64,000 nucleotides of DNA. Origin: the human T2T-CHM13v2.0 reference genome, Homo sapiens. The translations under genes and the position numbers were made by a program. Shown here piece by piece: positions 1 through 18,513 of this stretch. Every line of letters starts with the position of its first letter. Position 1 is the stretch's first letter. The stretch lies in assembly GCF_009914755.1 (NCBI RefSeq), contig NC_060925.1; one strand, written 5' to 3'. The notes below the pieces were generated by a model that was not told the origin of the DNA, did no database searches, and was given only the letters and a program-made list of their open reading frames with translations.

Positions 1-682
1 TAGTTTGGGAATTATCCCATATGAAGAAACTATGTTATAATACTCAAATCACTATATGATCTGAATAATAATTTTTAAATATCCAGAAGTGAATAGAAAT
101 TATGTGGGCATTTCATTCATACAGACAAACAGAGTATTAAGTAATTAAAGAGTTGTTGTTTCTAAGATATAATACTTTTCAGGAAGAAGCCAGAAACTTG
201 GTCATAAAAATGGAGATGAGAAAGAGATAAGACTAAATGGAGAATGACTAAAATTTTTTAAATGTAAACAGGAAATGCTGAGAGTATAGATCACCTATAT
301 TCTATATAATAGCACTATTAATGGTTTCAGTACTAGAATGCTACCTAATACTGAAAATATTTCTTAGCACACAAATTTCTTAAAGTTGGTTCTAAGCTTG
401 AAGTTTTTTTATCTTTAACTTCTCTATTCTCTTTTCTAGGTACTTAATCATTGAGTGACTATTGCTATTTCCCTTAGAAACAACACCTTAGATGCATAAT
501 GTCCTCTTTATATACTATGCTGCTTAATAGTTTAGGATTTTATCACTACAAAAGTTAATTAATAAAATATTGTTCTGTGTGGTCTTCCTATACCAGACTT
601 CACAGAAAAGAATCTGGAATACCATCACCACTCTAATTTTTATAAAAAATATCCCACCAATTAAATTACTTTCAGGCACTTG

Positions 683-3146
<2,464 letters not shown>

Positions 3147-3149
<3 letters not shown>

Positions 3150-3220
3150 TGAGCCAAGATCGTGACACTGCACTCCAGCCTGGGCAAAAGAGTGAGACTC
3201 TGTCTCAAAAAAAAAAAAAA
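3147..3220 (+). mobile_element. Alu 3'-end fragment with poly(A)
   Basis: CAGTGAGCCAAGATCGTGACACTGCACTCCAGCCTGGGC...GTCTC(A)n. Confidence 0.9.
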
Positions 3221-3607
3221 TGCAGAAATAAATGAAATTAAGAGCAAGTGGAGACAGTGCAGGACACAGAAGAAAATTTCAAAAAAAAATTTTTAAGAGA
3301 CAACATTGCATCTCTAAATCAAGAAAAGAATGAGATGAAAAAGGACAGATCAGGGACTAAGTGCAATTCTTATAAATCACACATTTTGTAATTAATTTAT
3401 TATTTAAAATTCAGTGAGAATGCTGGAAGATAAAACTTAGGAAAATTTTGGAAATCTTTCAGAAAGCAAGGAGTTAACAATTAAGAGCAAAACAACAGAG
3501 AATGTTGAATGTGTGTGTGTGTGTATATATAATTTCCCCTTTTTATATATTTATACACTGTGTGTATGCATGTGTCTGTGTAACATCTCTTCTATCTCAT
3601 ATATGTG

Positions 3608-3973
3608 TGATATGGTTTGGCTCTGTGTCCCACCCAAATCTCGTGTTGAATTGTAATCCTCATGTGTTGAAGGAGGGGTCAGCTGGGAGGTGATCAAGTC
3701 ACGGGGGTGGACTTCCCCCTTGCTTTTCTCATGATAGAGTTCTCAGGAGATCTGGTTGTTTGATAAGTGTGTGGCACTTCCCCCTTCACTCTCTCTCTCT
3801 CCTGCTCCACAGGGGGAAGACATGCCTTGCTTCCCCTTCACCTTCCACCAGGATTGTAACTTTCCTGAGGCCTCCTCAGCCATGAGGAACTGTGAGTCGA
3901 TTAAACCTCTTTTCGTCGTAAATTACCCAGTCTCAGGTGGTTATTTATAGCAGTGTGAGAATGGACTAATACA
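3608..3973 (+). mobile_element. ERVL-MaLR solo LTR (MSTA-like)
   Basis: TGATATGGTTTGG...GGACTAATACA termini; perfect 5-bp TSD ATGTG (3603-3607 and 3974-3978). Confidence 0.9.
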
Positions 3974-4382
3974 ATGTGTGATATTCAGAAAGTCCAACAT
4001 CCAAACCGTTAGAGCTCTAGATGGAGAAAATAGAAAAATGATGATGACGTCATCAATAATTGCAAATAATTAGAAAAAATTCAGAATGGAAAAATGTGGA
4101 AGAACCCCACTTAAGTGCCCAAAACAATAAATAAAAAAATATAAACCAAGACTAATGTTTGCAAAATTTTGTAATACCAATAATAACAAGGCCTTGAGAT
4201 TTAAAACTTATTGAGACTCAGAACGTCGTCCTAGTTGAGCAATTTGCAAGATACAAGAGATGAAGTAATGCTTTATAAATTTTTATTGGAATTATTTTCA
4301 ACCTAGAATTGTACACCCAGCCAATCCATTAACTAGATGCATATGTACAATGGAAACTTTAAGACACATTTTCCAGGCACCT

Positions 4383-4854
4383 TGTGGTATGCAGAATAAT
4401 GGACTTCTAAACATATCCATGTTCTCATCCCTGGAATCTGTGAATATGTTACTTTAAATGGCAAAGGAAAATTAAGGTTGCAGATGGGATAAAGTTTACT
4501 ATCAAGCTGTCCTTAAAATATGGAGATTATCCTATATTATCCAGATGCACTCAGTGTAATCACAAGGGTCCTTAAAAGTAGAAGTGGGGGTGCAGAAGAG
4601 GAGGTCAGATGTAAAGTGAGAAGAATCCAGGCCACCATTGCTGGCTTTGAAGATGGAGGAGAAGGTCACCAGTCAAGGAATGTGGGGAGCCTCTAGACAC
4701 TAGAACAGACAAAAAAAAGTGATACACCCCTTGATTTTAGCCCAATGAGATCTAAGACTTCTAAACTACAGGACTACCTGGTAATACATCTGTGTTGTTT
4801 AAGCCACTGAATTTGCAGTAATTTGTTACAGAAAAAAAATAGAAAACGAATACA
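4383..4854 (+). mobile_element. ERVL-MaLR solo LTR (MLT1D-like)
   Basis: TGTGGT..CAGAATAATGG start, GGAGATTATCCT..TAATCACAAGGGTCCTTAAAAG core, ..AGAAAACGAATACA end. Confidence 0.8.
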
Positions 4855-5081
4855 TATGCTTTTGTGAGAATGTACAGTAAAATTTTCTCCACTAAAGTGG
4901 AAGAATAAACCAAGAACAGGAGATCTAGGATACAGGTCAATACAGGCACTATAACACAGGAGAAAGGGAAAGAAAAGGTAATTCCCAAGATGGCTGCAAA
5001 AGAAAATTTCAACACAACTTTTGTGGACCAAACCTAGAGACTGCATAGACCAATCTGAAACAAGGGGATAAAAGGCACTTG

Positions 5082-5380
5082 GATGGAGCTGGAAGCCATT
5101 ATCCTCAGCAAACACAGGAACAGAAACCCAAACAGCATGTTCTCACTTATAAGTGGGAGCTGAACAATGAGAACACATGGACAGAGGGAGGAGAACAACA
5201 CACACTGGGGCCTGTAGGGGTGAGAGGGAGAGCATCAGGATAAATGGCTAATGGATGCTGGGATTAATTCCTAGGTGATTGGTTGATACGTGCAGTGAAC
5301 CACGATGGCACACGTTTACCTATGAAACAAACATGTGCATCCTGCACATGTATCCTGGAACTTAAAACAAAATTTTTAAA
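5082..5380 (+). mobile_element. 5'-truncated L1PA (L1PA13-16-type) 3' end
   Basis: ATGGAGCTGGAAGCCATTATCCTCAGCAAA...CCTGCACATGTATCCTGGAACTTAAAA; near-perfect TSD AAAG(G)CACTTG at 5071-5081 and 5381-5390. Confidence 0.9.
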
Positions 5381-6054
5381 AAAGCACTTGAAGGATTCAG
5401 AGGAAAAAAGTAATTAATAGATTATTTGATATATTTAATCATGCAGAAAATTGTAGCAAGATATTTTTAACAGAGTTATTAAATTGTGTGTCAAGAGTTA
5501 GCCAGATATTTAAGAAAACTAAGCAAAAAGTTGTGAAAAAAAGGAAATTCATTCACCCATAGTACAGTACTTGAGTAGAATCAATGTAGTCATAATAATA
5601 ATAAAGACATTATATATATTTTGCCAAAAATTGTAATCCATCTATTATAAGAGAATGGTTAGGAGGAAAATGAGTAAGGGTAAAAGCTAGAGACTTAATT
5701 CCCTTAAAAAGAAATCAATAGATAATATTTAACATTTATAAGTCAAAACATAGCAGTCTACACATATTACTTGGAGAAATAGATTAAGTTATTTCATAAT
5801 AGGGGGATACAGAACAGGTAAAGTTATTTTATAGTAGGGGGACAGAATTAGTATACTGGAATTTTTTGTTTTAATTTTCAACAGTTTTTTAACCTTTTAA
5901 GCTATGTGTATGTGTTAATAAATTAAAAACTAAAATAAATGTTAAAAAGAAAATGTATGGTAATTTATAGCTAAAATATTAACAGATAAGTAGCAATATT
6001 ATAAGGAAAATTATGAGGCCCCATCTGCCATCACCAGACCTCACCCTCATCTCC

Positions 6055-6256
6055 TGATTTGTTTTTCTCCATAGCATTTATCCACAATTACTACCATAAA
6101 TACTCTACTCACTTATTTGCTAATTGTTTTCTCAGATCATTGGAATGTAACATTCATGAGGAGACAGATTACATAATTTCACCACCATTGTATTCCCAGA
6201 GCCTAAAACAATGTCTGCTACATAGAAGGCATTCAAATAGAAACGAATAAATGAAA
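6055..6256 (+). mobile_element. L2 3'-end fragment
   Basis: ..TGTATTCCCAGAGCCTAAAACAATGTCTG..CATAGAAGGCATTC..GAATAAATGAA, typical of the L2 terminus. Confidence 0.6.
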
Positions 6257-7970
6257 TTTTAAAAACTGTGCTATAGTAGTTTTTAAACATTACAAATATT
6301 TATTACTTTAAAATTAGAAAAAGAAGTCTCTTTTTTGTAAGAAAAAGAAAAAGTGCTGTCTAGGAAGAAAACAGGGGAGTGGGGTGGATGATCCAGCAGA
6401 AGTTGCTGGTTTTGTCTCATTGCTTTGAAAGACCAAGGACATGGAACATGGAAAATGCACGTGGGTCTGTGAAAGTCCAGAAGTTGAGCTAACAAAGGAG
6501 GGTCCAGGAAACCAGGTCAGAATAGGATTTTATATTCTCACCTACCTAATTAAGTATAGAGTGGATGGAGTTGGTGCAATAGTTGGGAAAGAAGGGACAT
6601 GCCTGGGTTTCCCTTCTTAGTTATGCAAAGTTAGGTAGATTAGTGAATGCTATGCAACAAGTTTTTTTTTTTTTTAATCCAGTCCCTAGTTTACCCAACT
6701 GGGGCAAAGGTTAACATACCGAAAGTAAATCGATAGACCAACAACCTCTGTTCCTACATAACATCAGTCAGAATACCATTTAAAGATAATTTAAAACACC
6801 TAGTCCCCATTTCTGCCTTCCCCACTTCAGTCCCAACTATTTTCTGTCTCTGCTTAACTGTCTGGATTCCTGGATATACTCCACAGATAGTTTAGCTAGC
6901 ATCCCCAACTCACCCTAAAGCATTTTTTTCAGTTGTTAGAATCCTACTAAAGAACATCCATTGCTCCCCAAACACCAGAATTGTTTCAGTTTAGACAGCA
7001 ACGTGATTTGGCATTAGAGGTTGTCATTTATCCCGCTGTGCTTCAGTTCTCTTGCTCTATATAATCTCGAGAACTTTCAATAGCAAAATCTCTCATATCT
7101 GTGCTTCCCATTGCCAGCCCTATTCAGCTACCTAGGAGCTTCTTCCTCTTTTACTTGTGGTCTAAAATTAACATTTCAAATTCTTCCCACTGCCATAATC
7201 TCTTCTTTCCCCCAGATTAAAGAAAAATGATTGGTAGAATAGCATGTAAGATATCTTTTCACCGAACCATAAAGAAAGTATTGTCTACAGTCCATCATTT
7301 GTAAGTTTGTCTTTAGGTAAATGTTGCTCATGCTAAGGCTAAACTTCTTTGCCATAAACACTAAAAATAGTTCATTTTACCTTACTTTTGGATTTTTGCT
7401 AAATTTTTTTTCAAACCATAGTTTCTTAAAAGTGTTTTACTTCTTGTAGTTCTCATTCATTAAAGAATATTTTAAACAATCTACAAGTTTGAAAACTAAA
7501 TGAAAGTGATTTCATTACCCACCCTCCCCTACTTTCCTGATATCATTGCCTCCCAATACAGAGTGCCTTAGATCATTTTCTAGAAGGATACTAGAAAAGA
7601 ATTGCAATCATAAAAAAGGAGGCAGACTCCAAGAAAGTAATTGTAATGACTGAGCACTAAGCTATAATCTTGTTAAAGTCATTGTTGAAAGAAGTTATTA
7701 CCAATTAAGCATTTATGGCTTAATTAAATTATTAATTTTACTCATTATAACATGGAAATTACATACATATCATAAAGGTGACATCACTGTAAAAGTGCAT
7801 GTGTGATATTTCTAATGTTTTATATACACTTAAAAAGAAAGCAAGTATCCAACAGTAGATTGGGCTGGGTAAACAGGTTCCGACTGGGTGTCCCTTGATT
7901 GTTGTTGATGCACTACTATGGATATGTTGCTTATCCACACACAATCTAAAAAAGCCAATATAAGTAATGG

Positions 7971-8523
7971 TTTTATAATTATAATTATATATATATAATA
8001 TATACTATATAATTATATATAATTATAAATAATATATATTATATAGTATGTACTTTATATATAAATTATATAATTATATATATAAATTATATACTATATA
8101 ATATATATTATATTATATTAAAAAGCCAATATAAGTAATGGTTTTATAATTATAATTATATAATTATATATAATTATATAATATATATTATTTATTATAT
8201 TATATAATAATATATAATTATATTATATATTATTATATTTATTATATAATTATATAATATATTGAATAAGTATATATAATTATATAATATATAATTATAT
8301 ATACATATATAATTATAAAATATATTATATAATTATATATGTATATATAATTATATAATATATAATTATATATACATATATAATTATAAAATATATTATA
8401 TAATTATATATGTATATATAATTATATAATATAATATATACATTATAAATTATATACATATAATTATAAACATGTTATATATTATATAATATATAAAATA
8501 TATATATTATTTTATATATATAT
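7971..8523. repeat. ~550-bp (TA)-rich low-complexity/minisatellite tract at the tail of the adjacent L1
   Basis: Almost pure A/T; 71-bp internal period (C at 8304 and 8375, G at 8341 and 8412). Confidence 0.95.
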
Positions 8524-11346
<2,823 letters not shown>

Positions 11347-11938
11347 TTACAATCCTTCATGGACATAATGAGACTGAAATAAGAGAACACCAGAACTCAT
11401 AGATCTTGTCATGTGTATGAGGAACGAATGTGAGAGAAGCAAAGTTAAGTGGAGGGAACTGAAACAGGTGAGTGGTGCTGATCCAGGAGAGAGGAGAAAG
11501 ATCCCAAAGTGCTTGACATTAACCTCAGGGTTTGCTGGTTAAATAGGGGTCAGTTGTAGCTGTATCCTCCAATCAAGTAAAGGTAACATTATGGGGTTCT
11601 CAAACAACGCTGAGAAGTTCTGGGATAAGGAAGAGCTTGTGAGAAGAGGGGTAGATACTAGAAAATGGGGACAGATAGAAAAAGATGCATCAGTGAGGTA
11701 ATACAATAATAACTCTGGATCTAAAAACTCATTCGTGCATGATGCAAAACTGCCCCTGTGTTCCTAATTACAATGACCACAAAACACTTCAGATGGTAAC
11801 AAGCCCATGACCTTACATGTTTCTATAGTTACATCATCAATGTATGTCAAAAGGGATACATGAAGTAAGTATTAAAGGAACAGTCTATTTCTTTTGAATA
11901 ATACATATTCTAATGGTAAATGTCCAGAGCTTTCTTAC

Positions 11939-12016
11939 CTCTACAAAGATGAAGCAGGGAAAAATTGTGTTGCTTCTACTAAACTCTTGGCTTTGGTGAT
12001 TTGGAAACATATTTTC
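11939..12016 (-). other. Candidate 78-nt spliced exon (unconfirmed)
   Basis: Minus strand TATTCTTTCCTCCTATCCCAACAG|GAAAAT...TGTAGAG|GTAAGA: good acceptor and donor; one open frame (ENMFPNHQSQEFSRSNTIFPCFIFVE) with no recognised homology. Confidence 0.3.
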
Positions 12017-12903
12017 CTGTTGGGATAGGAGGAAAGAATACAATGATTTTGTAATCCAGTTTGTACATGGCTACATGCTCTGTGGAAGTTCAATAAATTC
12101 TCATTACAAAGCTAACTTTGTCTTTACCAGGAACTGACATCTGGCATCCTGAGTAATTGTTTGAAAACATCAATATCTTCCACTTACATTACATCTAGCA
12201 TCTACAAGGATCCTTCCTTTTTAAATGTTCCCTCTGGCTTGAGAGATCGTCAAACATTTTCACTTCTACCCTAGTGCACACATAATCAGATAACAAACAT
12301 TTGACTATATCTGTTGGACAGAGACACATTTGACTAGAAACAGTATGTTAGAGTTCACTGGGTACCATGGCAACATCATCCCCTACAGTTCTGCACCTGT
12401 CCTTCCCCTAGCTCCATCAAAATTTTAAGCATTTTCTGAGATGGCCTTTTATTAAGAAGCTTGTCAATAACCCCTTCAAAGGTATTCCTGCCTCCAAGAT
12501 TATGGGAAGGAGGAAGAGGATCTTAAACCTAAGCTGCAGCAGGAACTCAAATTCCAAGGAGTTTCCACGTTATCCCCGCTATATAGTTTAAAATTTTCAA
12601 AATAAAATCTTATTATGAAATACCTGATTTAGGTATACATGGGTCAAAACAGTGGAATCATCTACACAGAATTATCAATTAATACTTTGATTATAATCCT
12701 TATGAAAAAAATACACAAGTAAATAGTTTGACCTCCTTTCAAACAGCCAAGTAGGCAAAACCAGAAGACCTTACAGAGTCAAAATTAGATGTTTATATGG
12801 AATCACTAGCAGAGAATGATGTGCAAAAATGAATATGATCCTATAACCCATCAAAACAGAAAACATATACAAATTCCTCTGTAGATGAAACTGAAGTGGT
12901 CGG

Positions 12904-13263
12904 TGCATTAGTCTGCTTTCACACTGCTAATAAAGACATACCCGAGACTGGGTAATTTATAAAGGAAAGAGGTTTAATGGACTCACAGTTCCACATGGCT
13001 GGGGAGGCCTCACAATCATCGTGGAAGGCAAAGAGAAGAAAGGCATTTCTTACATGGCAGCAGGCAAGAAGAAGTGCATGTGCAGGGGAACTCCCCTTAA
13101 TAAAGCCATCAGCTCTTGTGAGATTTATTCACTATCACGAGAACAGCACAGGAAAGACCCGCCCCAATGATTCAATTACCTCCCACCGTGTCCCTCCCAA
13201 AACATGGGGGAATTATGGGGGCTAAAATGGAGATTTGGGTGAGGACACAGCCAAACCATATCG
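12904..13263 (-). mobile_element. THE1 (B/C-like) solo LTR, ERVL-MaLR
   Basis: Reverse complement of the THE1 consensus: ..ACATACCCGAGACTGGGTAATTTAT..GACACAGCCAAACCATATC. Confidence 0.92.
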
Positions 13264-13412
13264 GTGAGGAAGTGTAATTTTTTTTCCTGTATTGCAATAT
13301 CATGACCAGGCCAAAATGTTGATGTATCCCATATTCTAAATTCAATTTGCTATAAACATTTGAGATCAGCCTCCTTCCTGAGAGGAGCCAAAGCACCACT
13401 CTCCTCATAGTT

Positions 13413-13640
13413 CAGTAGTTTTCAGTAGAATGTCTCACTTCAGAGAATATTTGGAAATGGTATATGGAAAGTGGGTTTTCATAATGAGTTAGACCCTTTA
13501 TTGATATGTAGGCACAATGACCAAGGGTGTTACATGCTCTACAATGTTCAACATGTAGTAAAGAATTGTTCCCACATCCTGCCCTACATTCTAATGTCCT
13601 ATTATGAAAATATGTCAGTAGCAGTTCAGTTATTATAATA
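13413..13640 (+). mobile_element. MER20/MER20B-like hAT-Charlie DNA transposon fragment
   Basis: CAGTAGTTTTC start, GAATATTTGGAAATG and AAAGAATTGTTCCC motifs; very diverged. Confidence 0.4.
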
Positions 13641-13741
13641 ATAAAAGTATAAAAACATATATGAAAATCCTGGTAATTTAAAAGAAGACTGTAATGCATA
13701 GGGAAGCTTAAATGGAAAAGAGCAATGGTCTTGCAATTATA

Positions 13742-13813
13742 AAAATTATAATTTTTTAACTTACATGAAATTTTTTTAAAATTATAATTTTATAACTTAC
13801 ATGAAACATTTTT
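13742..13813. repeat. Two-copy 36-bp tandem duplication
   Basis: AAAATTATAATTTT(T/A)TAACTTACATGAAA.. repeated at 13742 and 13778. Confidence 0.9.
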
Positions 13814-15417
13814 GTCACCAAAAATTATTCCCCACTACATACTTAGTTTAAGAGGTTTTCATTGCATGGTGCAGTAATGCAGTTATGGCAAAAGCAAAGA
13901 AGTGATCACAGACATGTAATATTTAAAGATGTAAGGTTTTCAAGATATAAGGCTTTTAAAGTATTCATATCTAATACAATGTTATTTAGCTAGTGAAGTT
14001 TATGCCATGCATCAGCATGACATTTGAATTTCATTAATAAAATTCATTTTAAAACATTTTATTTTACTTCTTTATATATATGCTTTAATTTTTTAGCATA
14101 ATGATAAGAAATCTGTGTGATGACAATTAGATATCCAAATTATCCATTTATTTTGGGGATGCACATATTTTTCAATTTTACTCTGACACTTTCACTAGAG
14201 TCTTAGAAAGAAATGGTAAGGCTGAAGAAATGGGCTCATGGAAAAGTGGCCTGTATTCCCAGGGGCCATTGAACAGAGGGCGAACGGAGCAGACACAAGA
14301 GAAAGTAGCTGGACTTTGGGCTTTATTGCCAGCACTATACTAGCTACAGCTACTTTGCCAGGCTACAAAATCCAAGAAACAAAAGAATGTGGGCAGGGAG
14401 ACTTCAGTGGGGACTGAAGGGATTGGAAGAGATGGAGGGGTTTCTGAACTTCCTTGCAAATCACTTTCATAGAAGCCTTGGGAGAAAAGTAGAGCTGACT
14501 GTGAAGTAGTTCTACAATAAAAGATTACTCGTAACTGATGATGATGAAAAACAAACAAAATGAGAGCCCCAGAAATTTAAGATGAAGGACAAAAAGGTGG
14601 GAGAGAGAGGAAGAAGCTAATGACTGGGACTCTTGCTTCAGCTGTGGGTCATGTAGCCCTTAGACACCTGCTACACTGCAAGTGTTGTCAGCCCATGTCA
14701 CCCAGGGCGTTCATTCCTGTAGCCTCCCTCTCTTCTCCGTACATGTAACACAATGTAATATTTTACAAAATTTAAAATGTGCAGTGAATGAGTGATGAAA
14801 AAGGAAATATGATATTTATTAAACTGGAATGAAAGTAAGGATTGATACTACAAGGGCATATTGCAAACATTTTAAATATTTTTAGATCTTAGTATAAGGT
14901 ATCAGGGACCTCCTTTGAAAATGAAGACATTATTCTTCGGCACTTGGTGCTGTCTTTTTGAGAGCTGGAGCAAAGGTAAGGGGGAGTTTTTGATAACTTT
15001 TGTACACTGATTTGTCATACTGTTCATAAAACTATACATTTTGATCAATTTTTTAAAATTTTGTACAAGTTACCCATGCCTTTGGGATTTAAATAAAATT
15101 GAAAGGTGAATAGAAGCAGAACATGTCAGCAAGGGATGAGCTAACCATAAATAAAAGGCCAATGTTGTCTAATGTGTACAATGTTTTAGAACCAAAAAAT
15201 ATTTTTGTACTTTTAAATAGGCCAAGACAAATTACTGCTGGTATATTTCGTTTTGTTGACATACTTTTCAGAAATGGTTCAGGCTTATATAACTTATTTA
15301 ATGTATTCCATTATATGTGACAAGGCTAAGACCTAAATAAGCCCATCCTTGAACTTTAATTGCTGTTTGAGAGCCATTGAATTTTCTGAACTTGATTGTT
15401 TTTTCACACCATATATA

Positions 15418-15962
15418 TGGGCGGTAGTTACAGATATGTCGACAAATTCTATGATGGTCCTCCTTTTAAGAAGTGAAGCCTAATTCCCCTGCTCTTAACT
15501 GTGGCCTGAACTTAGTGACACTTCAAATGGATAACATATAGCAGAAATGATGGGGTTTAACTCAGAGACTGGGTCACAGAAAGCACTGTGTCCTTCTGCT
15601 CACTGGCTCACTCTTAGATTTCTGGGTCTAGAGCATGTCAGCTGCCATGCTGTGAGGAGAGACCCACGTGGCCAGGAATTTTGACTTCCTGCCACAAGCC
15701 AGTGAGGAAGTGAGGCCTCCTGCCAATAGTCACGTGAGGAAGGAACCTTGGAAACAGATCCTTCATCCACAGCCAAGCCTTTGGATAACAGCAGCTCCTG
15801 CCAATGTCCTGACAGCATCAACATGAGAAACCTTGAGTCAGAACCACCCAGCTAATCTACTCCCAGATACCTGGGCCACAACATCTGTGAGATGTTAACT
15901 GTATTAACTTAAACCATCAAATTTTAGTGTAATATTTTGCACAGTAATAGATAACTGCTATA
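15418..15962 (+). mobile_element. MLT1F-like MaLR LTR
   Basis: CAGCTGCCATGCTGTGAG, GAGGCCTCCTGCCAATAG, CAGAACCACCCAGCTAA, ..AGTAATAGATAAC terminus. Confidence 0.75.
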
Positions 15963-16599
15963 AATATTGTTGGTGATACATTAGCATACTGGATATCAGT
16001 CAAGAAGGAAGTTGTCTTGGTTTGTTTTTGGTCTGTTTGTGTTTTGTAAAGAAATAACCATCCTGGGAAGGGGAACACCCAACAGTAATCTTAGAGGTGG
16101 TTCCTGTGTTTTACTGTTTGCTCATGATCCACTAACTTATTTACTCCCCAACATACATACTGTCATGTCTGCCTTGACCCTTCTAGTTTGGTCTCAGGTT
16201 GTTATCATGAAGGGCACAACTGGCTGACCAGTGGCTAGGTTTGAGATGGGGTCAGATGAAAGGCAAACAATGAGGGTAAATCTCAAGTGAACGCATGCAA
16301 AGGAGACAAAACCAGAAAACCGAGTGTTGGCTGTAAATTATTTCTAAACTGAATCATATGGAATCGCGCTTTTGTGGGTCAAACTGGCACTTTCGTCTGG
16401 TGCTTTCCTTTGGTTTAATTAGTCCAATTAACCAACAAGACCAATCCTTGTTGACTCTGTAGCATTCAAAAAAATGAAAAGTTAAATAGAGCAACTAAAA
16501 CAACAAAAAAGAAAAAAAAAATAGACAGGAAAGAAAGTAGAAAGGAAAGAAGGGAAGAAACAGAGAAGTTGGTTGGTAAATTCCTTGCAGGAGGTGCAG

Positions 16600-16780
16600 T
16601 GTCCTATGACTGCCTGAGTCCTAGCTCTATCAGTCGCTACGAACCTTGTGCAAGGCATTTAGCCTGCAGGGTTCTCAATTTTCTCATCTATTTCATGAGT
16701 ATAATAATAATACCTACCACACAAGTTCATGTTGAGGCTCAAATGCAATATTGTGTATGAAGAGGACTTTTTAAAGTACT
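16600..16780 (+). mobile_element. MIR SINE
   Basis: TCCTAGCTCT.., TCTCAATTTTCTCATCTAT..ATAATAATACCTACC core. Confidence 0.6.
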
Positions 16781-16929
16781 GTCCACTCCAAATAGGCTGT
16801 GAATATGGAATCTGATCCTCCAGACCTGAATTCCCAACCAAATGGATTACTTCACGCTCCTGTCTCAGAAACTATGTTTGAGATATATGTGATAGAAAAG
16901 AAAAAGGGGAGACTAGTAAATTTTCTAGG

Positions 16930-17301
16930 TGTTATGAGCTGAATTCTTTTCCTCTAAAATTTATGTTGAAGTTCTAACCCCCGGTACCTCAAAATGTGAC
17001 TGTATTTGGAGACAGGGCCTTTAAAGAGGTAATTAAGGTAAAATAAAGCTGTTAAGATGGGCCTTAATTCAATTTTCTGGTGCCTTTATAAGAAGAGTAG
17101 ATTAGGACACATGCACGTACATAGAGAAAATCATAGAAAATGACTACCTGCAAGCCAAGAAGAGAGCTCTTGGAAGAAACCAACCTACTGATGTCTTGAT
17201 CTCAAATATCCACCCTCTAGAACTGTGAGAAAATGAACCACTGTTGTGTAAGCAACCCAATCTGTGGTACTATGTTATGGCAGCCCTAACAAACTAATAC
17301 A
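16930..17301 (+). mobile_element. MLT1B-like MaLR solo LTR
   Basis: TGTTATGAGCTGAATT...GCAGCCCTAACAAACTAATACA; TSD CTAGG/TTAGG. Confidence 0.85.
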
Positions 17302-18513
17302 TTAGGTGATAGCTACCAAGGTGTTAAGAGTGGGGCCTCACATGCTATTTCAGATTCAATACTTATCTATATACCTTTGGTACTAGCTGGTATCTGGGTA
17401 GCAGTTTTGTGGTGATAAAAGATGATGAGTTTGTGGGGGAAAAATCTTAAGAACTGTTACTAGCTGTGTAATCTTGAAACAATTTCTACATTGCTGTAAA
17501 ATAGACAAAAATTTGAAAGAATTATTCAAGTTATTCAAATGTAAGTTATTCTGGAAGGTTTTTTTCACCCACTTAGGGGAAATTTAAAAATTTTTCACAT
17601 GGAAAATAATATACACAGGAAAATCTACTTAATTTGCACATAGCTTAGCTTAACTTGGCAAATTTAAATTCTAGAATCATTTTCCTTGTGGGTGCAAATT
17701 GAATGCTAATTAATGTTAATATTAGTCTCAGAAAAACATAATTAGAAAGGTAAATCTGCTGCTTTTCCCATCCCTCAAACCGAATAATGTATCCCATTAG
17801 CAATTATTTAGGGGGAAGATCAGAAATTTGCCTTAACTTCACTACATCTATTCATCATCAGTGCAAAAAACTGAGAGGGGAATGGGCAGCATTACTACTT
17901 TTGTAATACTATTTTGTTCTTAAAGTATGTGAATATCAGCAGAAAAAGTCACATAATGTTTGCAAGGCAAAATTAATGTAATTGTGTTGCACCAGTGCTA
18001 TTATATTATTGCCAGAGATCCCTACAATAGTATTCTACATTTTATTACCATTTATATATTGTTTTAATACCATCTTCTGTATTAATTGATTTACATTAAT
18101 TGTCCCCTCGTGTCCCAAGCACTTGCAAAACATGAATGCACCTTCTACAATAAAATAACTGCATTGGCGATTGACTACAGCTTCTATTGAGGAATTTCAC
18201 AAAAAGAGATTAAAATCTTCAATAACTCCAATAACCTTGTGTGCTCTAGAGGACTGTCATAATGGGTTGTGTCTAATTTCAGAGAATATTTGGCTAGATT
18301 ATCTTTTCACCAGCCCATAGTAATTAAACTGGTAGCTTATATGATGCATTTTCTTAGAGAGGAGAGGGGAGGGGGAAAACCTAAACATAAAAGTTTCCTT
18401 TTTGTAAAGTCCTAACCTTGATTTTTAAATTATGAGGTTTTAAAATAATAAGTGAATGTGTTAGCTTTCCAGCAGGTAAGGAAGCATCATGTAAAAACCT
18501 ACTGGTTTCAGAG

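Larger units (their letters stand above)
3221..5950 (+). mobile_element. Ancient HAL1/L1ME-like LINE remnant, interrupted by MSTA, MLT1D and an L1PA fragment
   Basis: Purine-rich degenerate sequence resembling HAL1 (e.g. GAATAAACCAAGAACAGGAGATCTAGGATACAGG); boundaries approximate. Confidence 0.45.
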
